Below are positions 56,727 through 63,355 of a stretch of DNA of 63,355 nucleotides, one piece after another (position 1 is the stretch's first letter; the number at the start of each line of letters is the position of its first letter). The notes under the pieces were generated by a model. That model was not told the origin of the DNA. It saw nothing but the letters and a program-made list of their open reading frames with translations, and searched no databases. Both the position numbers and the translations under genes were made by a program. The DNA is from a virus (lineage: Duplodnaviria > Caudoviricetes): IMG/VR virus record IMGVR_UViG_3300050015_000312, positions 1-63,355 of that record; one strand, 5' to 3'.

Positions 56727-56894
56727 ATGACCTATGCGCTGATTCAGGACGGCACCGGGGTGGTAGCCAACATCATCGTCACGGATGCGAATTTCGTCGC
56801 GATCCACTATCCAAAAGCGGTTCGCATCGACAATCTGGAACCGGTTCCCTGCATTGGATGGCGGTACGTTGACGGGGCGTTCATCCCGTCCTAA
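56727..56894 (+). CDS. Small tail-fibre assembly protein (not in the ORF track)
   Basis: GAGG RBS; MTYALIQDGTGVVANIIV...IGWRYVDGAFIPS. Confidence 0.65.
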   Translation: MTYALIQDGTGVVANIIVTDANFVAIHYPKAVRIDNLEPVPCIGWRYVDGAFIPS

Positions 56895-56903
56895 GGAGCG
56901 ACG

Positions 56904-57431
56904 ATGCCAGAACAGCGGACCGCCTCGCCCGCCTGTCTCGACAACATCAAGCGCTTCGAGGATGAGCCCGGTTGGAAAGCTGGCCGGTGCTCGAAGCTGG
57001 TCGCCTATCGGTGCCCTGCCGGCGTCTGGACTATCGCCTGGGGCCACACCCTCGGCGTCGAGCCCGGCATGACCGTCACGCCCGAGCTGGCCGACGCGCT
57101 GCTGCTCGAGGACGTCCGCGCCGTTGAAGCCGAACTGCGGCCAATTCTCGCAGGCGTGCCGCTGACCCAGGGCCAGTGGGACGCACTGGTTTCGCTCTGC
57201 TACAACCTGAAGGGCGGACCGCGCGCTCTTCCAGCCACGGCGCCAAAGCTCTGGAAGTCCCTCCACGCCGGCGACAAGACGACGGCCGTGATCGAGTTCT
57301 CCGACATGGACCGTGCGCGCTGCGGGGCCTGTATGGGGCACGGCTGCCCAGCCTGCCACAACACCGGCCGCGTCGTGCTGGCCGGCCTGACCGCGCGGCG
57401 GCAAGCCGAGGCGAAACTGTTCATGTCCTGA
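56904..57431 (+). CDS. GH24 lysozyme (endolysin) with inserted Cys4 finger
   Basis: IKRFE...AYRCPAGVWTIAWGHT...QWDALVSL.YN...GLTARR.AE..LF. Confidence 0.88.
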   Translation: MPEQRTASPACLDNIKRFEDEPGWKAGRCSKLVAYRCPAGVWTIAWGHTLGVEPGMTVTPELADALLLEDVRAVEAELRPILAGVPLTQGQWDALVSLCYNLKGGPRALPATAPKLWKSLHAGDKTTAVIEFSDMDRARCGACMGHGCPACHNTGRVVLAGLTARRQAEAKLFMS

Positions 57432-57485
57432 TTCCGCGCAACCCTGCACTCCGGATTCACCACAAACCGGATTCACCACAATCCC

Positions 57486-59912
57486 ATGCGAAAACTGATT
57501 ACTCTATCGTTCTGCCTGCTCCTCGCCTGCCTCCCGCTGTGCGCGGCCGGCACAATCATCGCCGACACGATCCGCACTCCGTTCGGAGGGCTCTGGAACG
57601 GCTCGATAAAGATCACCTGCCCCTCCGGCGTCAATGCGGCGGGGCAAACCATCGGGGGCTTTACGCAGTCCATCACGGTGATCAACGGCGCATTTAGGGT
57701 CACGATCGATCCCGGTGACGCCGGCAGCCCGAAAGGACGGACATGTTCGGTTACGCGCAGCCCCGCGCTCCCGGGAGCGCAGCCCGAGACCTGGCTTGTG
57801 CCGACGAGCACCACTCCTTTGAAGATCCCGCAAGTCCAGGCCGGCCCCGTGCCGGCACCCCCGGCGCAACTCTTGCCCACGCAGATAGCACAGGGAGGCG
57901 CCACGCTCAATCAAGCGATGTGCTGGCTTGGCCTGTCGTGGGGACCGGGAACTTGCGGCGGCACATGGGGCCAGATCACCGGCAATCCAGCGCTGCAACT
58001 CGACATGATGGCACTGTTCGCCGACAAAGCCGACACGACCCACACGCATGCTGAGAGCGACGTCACGGGGCTGGTGACGGATCTTGCGGGCAAGACCGGG
58101 ACGGGAGATCCAAGGCTCTCGGATGCACGCACGCCCCTCGCTCACACGCAGGCGGCGTCCACCATCAGTGATTTCCAGACCGCCGTGTCGGCCAACGTTG
58201 ACGTGTCGGCCGCTAAATCCGCGCAACACGCGCAGGGCAGCGACCAAGGACTCGATACGGGCGGCGCGAATGCGGTCACGGCAGCGCAGGCGAAGACTGC
58301 CTACGGGCATTCACAGGCGACGGGAAATTCTCATGGGGCCACGCCGGCAGATATCGGGGCGGAACCGGCCGATGCGAATATTATCAAGAAAGATCCGGCG
58401 ACAGGCATCGTAACGAGCGGCACCACGGCGCTCGATCCCGTCAACGGCGTCACCACTCCAATGGTCCGCGTCGATCCGGGCTTGCTGTCAAAGCCCGCCT
58501 GCACGGTGGCGGTACGCGGCGCGGAATGGATCACGTATTCAGGGGTCGGCGTGGTCGACGTCGTGGAGGTCTGCCGGAAGGGAGTAACCAACGCTTACTC
58601 GTGGGTGCCGGAATCGCTGTCTGTCACCCTGGATAGTACTCCAGTAGGATCACAGCCAGTGCTCAATTTCCAGGTTGGCACGGGCATTGTGCTCGCTCTG
58701 TCCGACACAGGATCGGCGATCAACGAGCAGACCTCGGTGGACACGGCAGTCATCGAAACGCGTTCGGGCGCCCAAGCGGCGCAGAGCCTCAAGTGTGCTC
58801 CGAGTAGCGCATCGGGCACGACGTATACCTGCGGCCTCAGCCCCGCTGCTGCGGCTTACCCCACCGGAGCGACAACGCTGCAAGTAATCCTGATACCGGA
58901 CGTTGTGAACACTGGCGCCGTCACGCTTAACGTCGATGGGCGCGGAGCGCGAAAGGTGCTGAAGCGCAGTGGCGCGACCTTAGCGGCCGGGGATTTGGCC
59001 GCCTCGACGCCGTATCTACTGTTGTATTCTCCCGCTGCTGACTCAGCGGCTGGAGCGTGGACGGTCATCTCGATGATGTACGCGCAGTCATATGTACTCA
59101 CGCTCGATGGAACGACTACTGCGTTAGCGGATGGCTCAACGGTGACCTGGACATGCGGGTCTGGTTCCGGGGCGCAATGTACGACGAACTGGATCGTGCC
59201 GGCCGGGGTCAACTGGGTCCGAGTGGATATGTGGGCAGGCGGCGCAGGTGGCGGCGCGGGAAGTGGCGCAAATGAGAACGGAGGCGGAGGCGGCGGCGGT
59301 TACGCTTCACGCATCTGTGCAGTTACTCCAGGTAGCACGTTTGCAATCGCCGCGGGACTGGGAGGTCCAGGACAAGCGTCGTATGCCACTGGGGGCAATG
59401 CGGGCGGCAATTCCAGCGCAGGGACGTGTGTAACCGTGACCGGTGGGAGTGCCGTGTTGTCCACTACATCCGGCACTTACGGCGGTGGGTTAAGCGGACT
59501 CACGCCTGCCTACGGATATATCTCAGCAACTCCGGCACTCGTAACACAAAGTGCAACGTACAATAACAGCGCGGCTGGCTACCACTCTCTACGCCTGGAC
59601 CTTGGTGGTAGCGGAGCGAGTCAAGCGGCCGGTGCCGCCGCAGGCGGGGCGGGCGGCAGCTCGCAATGCGCGGGTGGCGGCGGAGGGAGCGGCGGGAATG
59701 CAAATGCAACCGGAGGGGCGGGCGGTATCTCAGGTTGCGGCGGGAATGGCGGCGCTGGGGGCGGGTGGACTTCAGGCGGCGGGCTGGTAGCCTGCCAGAG
59801 CGGCGCGATTCCCGGCGGCGGAGGCGGCGGTGCAGGCACAGGCGAAACCGGCGTTACCCACGCGGGCTGCGTAGGTGGACGTGGCGAAGTACGGTTGTAT
59901 TACACGAGGTGA
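57486..59912 (+). CDS. Large fibre-like protein with signal peptide and Gly-rich C-terminal domain
   Basis: MRKLITLSFCLLLACLPLCA; WGQITG, HTHAESDVTGL, RLSDARTP, NTGAVTLNVDG, WIVPAGV..V.V..W.GG. Confidence 0.72.
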   Translation: MRKLITLSFCLLLACLPLCAAGTIIADTIRTPFGGLWNGSIKITCPSGVNAAGQTIGGFTQSITVINGAFRVTIDPGDAGSPKGRTCSVTRSPALPGAQPETWLVPTSTTPLKIPQVQAGPVPAPPAQLLPTQIAQGGATLNQAMCWLGLSWGPGTCGGTWGQITGNPALQLDMMALFADKADTTHTHAESDVTGLVTDLAGKTGTGDPRLSDARTPLAHTQAASTISDFQTAVSANVDVSAAKSAQHAQGSDQGLDTGGANAVTAAQAKTAYGHSQATGNSHGATPADIGAEPADANIIKKDPATGIVTSGTTALDPVNGVTTPMVRVDPGLLSKPACTVAVRGAEWITYSGVGVVDVVEVCRKGVTNAYSWVPESLSVTLDSTPVGSQPVLNFQVGTGIVLALSDTGSAINEQTSVDTAVIETRSGAQAAQSLKCAPSSASGTTYTCGLSPAAAAYPTGATTLQVILIPDVVNTGAVTLNVDGRGARKVLKRSGATLAAGDLAASTPYLLLYSPAADSAAGAWTVISMMYAQSYVLTLDGTTTALADGSTVTWTCGSGSGAQCTTNWIVPAGVNWVRVDMWAGGAGGGAGSGANENGGGGGGGYASRICAVTPGSTFAIAAGLGGPGQASYATGGNAGGNSSAGTCVTVTGGSAVLSTTSGTYGGGLSGLTPAYGYISATPALVTQSATYNNSAAGYHSLRLDLGGSGASQAAGAAAGGAGGSSQCAGGGGGSGGNANATGGAGGISGCGGNGGAGGGWTSGGGLVACQSGAIPGGGGGGAGTGETGVTHAGCVGGRGEVRLYYTR

Positions 59913-59915
59913 CCA

Positions 59916-60284
59916 ATGGGACTCATTCAGTTTGATTCGTTGAGCGGCAAGTATCTGAGCCACAACCTTGACCCGTTTGCCACAGGCGAAGGCATGGCAT
60001 TCGACCCAGAGACCAATACTCTGCTGGTGTCCTACCTGCATAGCGGCCATGCACAAAAACTTCGGATAGATGGCGGCGTAGTTATGTTCCAGGACCAACC
60101 CGTTCCAATTACTGCCGATGGCACGACCGGGCGAGCTACAAAACTCTACGCCGCTGTGCTCGAGGACTTCGACGACATCGCGGATGGCACAAAGGTGCTG
60201 ACCGCAGCGGACGTGATTCCGACACTGAGGAAACTCTGTGTGGCTGTCGTGGTTTTCGAGCGGTTGCTGCGACAGGCCAAGTAG
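59916..60284 (+). CDS. Hypothetical protein (possible fibre chaperone)
   Basis: GAGG RBS; directly after the fibre gene. Confidence 0.55.
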   Translation: MGLIQFDSLSGKYLSHNLDPFATGEGMAFDPETNTLLVSYLHSGHAQKLRIDGGVVMFQDQPVPITADGTTGRATKLYAAVLEDFDDIADGTKVLTAADVIPTLRKLCVAVVVFERLLRQAK

Positions 60285-60341
60285 CTGCTACCCATAGCTG
60301 CCCCCGAAAAGAAAGACTCCCGAAAGGAAAAGGAAAACCCA

Positions 60342-60878
60342 ATGAGAAAACTTCTCACTCTCTCTCTGCTCATCCTCGCGCTGGCGCTCTCGTGCCCGGC
60401 GCAAACCGCAACACCGCTACCCGACCAATGGGCCGGCGCGGGCGTGTTCTTCAACCAGTATGCCGCTCCTCAGATAAACGGCACCCTCGCCTACGCCAAG
60501 CGCGTGATGGGCGGCGGGACATATTCGTTCACCGCTGTGAATTTCTTGTCATACAGCACGAATCCGTTCCGCGTCATGACCTCGACCGAAACCGGGATTG
60601 CACAACATCTGACCACCTTCGGGCCGTTTGAGGTGCAGGTGCTCGGGACGCTCGGGCCGGCGTTCGCCGCTGATCCAGCAACGCAGCAAGTCGCACCCGA
60701 CGGAACGACCACCGTTACATCGGGAGGGACCAAGGTCGGGCTGTCGCTCACGGGCGGCGGGTTCGCCTTCGCCCGGCTGAAGAACGGCTGGACCATAGGG
60801 CCGGTGCTGCGAGTCACCAAACCGACGATCAGCGATACCCAGTGGTCAATCGGCCTGATGATTGGCTGGGGGAAGTGA
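60342..60878 (+). CDS. Signal-peptide protein, probable small outer-membrane beta-barrel
   Basis: Signal peptide; alternating amphipathic strands; ends WSIGLMIGWGK. Confidence 0.6.
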   Translation: MRKLLTLSLLILALALSCPAQTATPLPDQWAGAGVFFNQYAAPQINGTLAYAKRVMGGGTYSFTAVNFLSYSTNPFRVMTSTETGIAQHLTTFGPFEVQVLGTLGPAFAADPATQQVAPDGTTTVTSGGTKVGLSLTGGGFAFARLKNGWTIGPVLRVTKPTISDTQWSIGLMIGWGK

Positions 60879-61144
60879 TGGCCGGCAAGGGGCTTGTTAT
60901 GTGGCCTGACGCAGGTGTCGAAGAGCATCTGTGTCAGGTTCAGATTGCTGGCTTGCGTTCAGATTCAGAGCATTTACGCTGGTTCGCTGCGAACCCCACG
61001 GAAGTGAAGCAACTTCCTGGAGGCAAGTGGCGGTACCGCGACATCGAGGGCGGGATACACGAGACAAGTGACCTGATAACAGCCCTTGTCATCGCGAAGG
61101 ATGCCGCTCGGATACGGGCGCTTCACGCAGCGAGGGAGGGATAG
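60878..61144 (+). CDS. Hypothetical protein
   Basis: TGATG coupling. Confidence 0.45.
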   Translation: MAGKGLVMWPDAGVEEHLCQVQIAGLRSDSEHLRWFAANPTEVKQLPGGKWRYRDIEGGIHETSDLITALVIAKDAARIRALHAAREG

Positions 61145-61145
61145 C

Positions 61146-61319
61146 ATGGACCTCACCGGCATTCACGAGGCCGTCGAAGACCTCACCCAACAGACCATCC
61201 CGGAAGTGCTCACTGGAGCACACCGGCTCCTGGATCGCCTCGAAGCGTTGGTTGATCGCTTCGACGGCACAACTCTCACGATTCAGTTGAATCTCCGAAA
61301 GCCAGAGAAGGAAGGTTGA
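61146..61319 (+). CDS. Small hypothetical protein
   Basis: GGAGG RBS. Confidence 0.5.
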   Translation: MDLTGIHEAVEDLTQQTIPEVLTGAHRLLDRLEALVDRFDGTTLTIQLNLRKPEKEG

Positions 61320-61321
61320 AT

Positions 61322-61546
61322 ATGCCCCCCATTTCCCAGAAACTACAAGCCTGGCTACATGGCGCCCTGCTGCTGCTCCTGTCGATCGACCTGACCGTCC
61401 TGCCGCAGATCCTGCCGCCCACCTGGGCGGTGAAGGTGGTCGCGGCTATCGGTATCGCGATCGGCGCCCTGAAAGCCCTGCTTGGCCTCTACGCTCAGCG
61501 ATGGAACACCGACGGCACGCCGCAGGCGCGGCCGTTCGAGAAGTAG
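61322..61546 (+). CDS. Holin-like 2-TM protein
   Basis: Two hydrophobic helices and a charged C-terminus; end of the late operon. Confidence 0.6.
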   Translation: MPPISQKLQAWLHGALLLLLSIDLTVLPQILPPTWAVKVVAAIGIAIGALKALLGLYAQRWNTDGTPQARPFEK

Positions 61547-61611
61547 CCGGCTGGCCGCTCTGTATCGCTGCGACCTGCCGGCCGCGTTCACAACCGCCCG
61601 AAGGATGCAAG

Positions 61612-62565
61612 TTAAGGCGCTGTTGCTGGAGCCGCCTCGCCAGCGCCGGCCGCCTCCGGAGTAGGCTGGGCCGGGACTGTCGGCGGCGCCCAATCTTCAG
61701 GTCTCCCCGCTTTCAGATTGGCGATTGCGGCATCTACGTACTTCGCCTCTTCGCCCAGCCGATTGACTTTGCCCATCAAGTCAAAGACTACCCGCTGTGT
61801 CGCTTCGCCGAGGTTGTACTTCATCGGCTCCCGGCCGGCACAGGTAGCGGGGGCTCCGACGGTTCCAGAGGGCGGGCACCTGAATTGATCCCGATATACG
61901 TCGTCCGCGAGGGCGCTCCCGTAACGGATTTGCGCGGCTATTTCTGCTCGCCGTTGGCGTAGGGCCTCGATCCGCTCGGCGCTCGGGTCGGGCTGGGCGG
62001 GAACCGGGCTGGGTGGGATCACCGATGTCTGTTTGTGCTTCAATTGCCGCCCTTCTTCTACAATCTCGGCGTCAACGAGCTCCAGCTCTCCCACGAGTTG
62101 CGCTATTCGCTGTTCCTCTTTATCCATTTGCTCCATCAGGTATTGACGCTCATCGGGGTCCGCCAGTGGCTGCAAGCTGAGTTTCATCGCGTCGCGGGCA
62201 ACCTTCTTCGCAAACTCGCGCTCGAAGGCCATCTTCCACTCCAAGTTTTCCCGCTTTTTTCGCAGATCGGCGAGATGTTGTTCGCGTGGGTCGGTGGGGA
62301 CCGGGGGCGGACCCGGCATAGATATGTGGGCCGGAGCGGCCGGAGCGGGAGTTGCCTTGCCCGGGGTGCGGAACAACCCGGGGAGCGCAAAGCCCACTGC
62401 GACGGCGATGAAACCTGCTGCGACGATTGTCAGGAGTTTTCCTACCTTCGCGCCGCCGAGGCCCCAGTCGGAAGTTTTCGCGGGCGCCTCCAGGTGATAC
62501 CCGCAAGCTCGGCAGAAGTGATGACCATCCGGCACGCTCGCGCCGCACGGACAGATCCAGTTCAT
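61612..62565 (-). CDS. Zn-ribbon, TM and coiled-coil membrane protein (lysogeny-expressed candidate)
   Basis: CPCG...FCRACG, one TM helix, Pro linker, coiled coil; GGAGG RBS; same strand as the repressor. Confidence 0.7.
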   Translation of the reverse strand: MNWICPCGASVPDGHHFCRACGYHLEAPAKTSDWGLGGAKVGKLLTIVAAGFIAVAVGFALPGLFRTPGKATPAPAAPAHISMPGPPPVPTDPREQHLADLRKKRENLEWKMAFEREFAKKVARDAMKLSLQPLADPDERQYLMEQMDKEEQRIAQLVGELELVDAEIVEEGRQLKHKQTSVIPPSPVPAQPDPSAERIEALRQRRAEIAAQIRYGSALADDVYRDQFRCPPSGTVGAPATCAGREPMKYNLGEATQRVVFDLMGKVNRLGEEAKYVDAAIANLKAGRPEDWAPPTVPAQPTPEAAGAGEAAPATAP

Positions 62566-62618
62566 TGTTGCCTCCGCTCCCAGCGAACCCTTTGCCCCTC
62601 TGAGTGAAAGCCCCGGCC

Positions 62619-62888
62619 TTAGTTGATGAGCGGACCCCTGACCATCAGTCCGGTGTTCAACTCCGCTTCCTGTTCCATTTCCGCAGAAAGATACTCCAGC
62701 CGTTCGAGAGTGAACCCTGTTCGGTCCAGGGCGTCACTGATCTCCTCCATCAGTCTGCTTGCCTCCTCCTGGTAGATCCTGTGCTGAGCCTCGATGCTTC
62801 TTCGCAGGCCCGCGATTTCCTGAAGGCGAACCATGAGCCTCAGGGGTAAGTATAATTCTGGTGTCACCCTTATTGTCCTCGTCTGCAT
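62619..62888 (-). CDS. Small coiled-coil protein overlapping the repressor 3' end
   Basis: MQTRTIRVTPELYLPL...; helical and acidic composition. Confidence 0.5.
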   Translation of the reverse strand: MQTRTIRVTPELYLPLRLMVRLQEIAGLRRSIEAQHRIYQEEASRLMEEISDALDRTGFTLERLEYLSAEMEQEAELNTGLMVRGPLIN

Positions 62889-63240
62889 CGCGACGAGCTT
62901 GACGGGCGAACTCGGTCAGATTCTGTGCGATTGCAAGGACGGTGCTCTCCCGGCCCATCGTGAAGATGTCCACCAGCGCCGCAAATGCGAGCTGGCACTC
63001 GGGGTGATTATGCACCAAAATTTCCACGCGGTCATGAACCGAAAGTTCTGATTTGCGTTGGCCTGTCGGTACCAAGGGATTGGAGTCCGCTTGCGGAGTT
63101 GCGGATGTTGTTGCGGATGGCGTGGCGCCGTATCGCTCCAGAATTGCGCTCTCGACGAACGCGGATAGTTTGATTCTGCGCGGGACCAGCGCCACCAGGT
63201 CTGGATCGAGCGACAGGCTCGTCTTTTTTCTTTTCGCCAT
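62734..63240 (-). CDS. Alternative repressor allele with ribbon-helix-helix-like N-terminus
   Basis: KKTSLSLDPDLV...KLSAFVESAILERY; C-terminal half shared with the XRE repressor at 1-573. Confidence 0.7.
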   Translation of the reverse strand: MAKRKKTSLSLDPDLVALVPRRIKLSAFVESAILERYGATPSATTSATPQADSNPLVPTGQRKSELSVHDRVEILVHNHPECQLAFAALVDIFTMGRESTVLAIAQNLTEFARQARRDADEDNKGDTRIILTPEAHGSPSGNRGPAKKHRGSAQDLPGGGKQTDGGDQ

Positions 63241-63295
63241 AGAACTTTTTTCTCAATCGTGTCAATGCTATAGGAGGTAGAGTGGTAAATACTGC

Positions 63296-63324
63296 TTGAC
63301 CTCCTTACCGTCCTACTCCATAAT
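63296..63324 (+). promoter_or_regulatory. Sigma70-type rightward promoter of the alternative immunity allele
   Basis: TTGACC-17 bp-CATAAT; GTG at 63332 opens a frame that runs off the end. Confidence 0.6.
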
Positions 63325-63355
63325 CATTTCCGTGAACGGAAACGTAAACGACAGA

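Overview
The window is an apparently complete temperate phage genome with a contractile tail (myovirus type) and high GC, assembled in its excised, circular form. Bases 1-99 repeat exactly at 62827-62925, giving a circle of about 62,826 bp, and an intact attP (3' half of tRNA-Cys) follows the tyrosine integrase. Gene order: immunity switch; early and recombination genes; structured non-coding region with a tRNA-like element; ParB-domain protein; Cys-rich microproteins; TraR/DksA; xis-int-attP; C5 methyltransferase; SF2 helicase; an inserted antisense cassette ending in an AcrVA2/FinQ-family gene; VRR-NUC; primase and helicase; terminase; head; tail and baseplate; fibres; lysis. Most notable: (1) a DUF1073-type portal fused to a catalytically complete type IB topoisomerase and followed by an unannotated, highly acidic microprotein; (2) an AcrVA2-like moron with its own consensus promoter and an Aca-like HTH gene; (3) four proteins with Sec signal peptides in the tail module, three of them fibre-like; (4) two alternative repressors with the same C-terminus but different DNA-binding folds (XRE HTH versus ribbon-helix-helix); (5) short duplications at many late-gene junctions. 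All family calls come from motif recognition by eye, not database searches. The host cannot be determined from the sequence.
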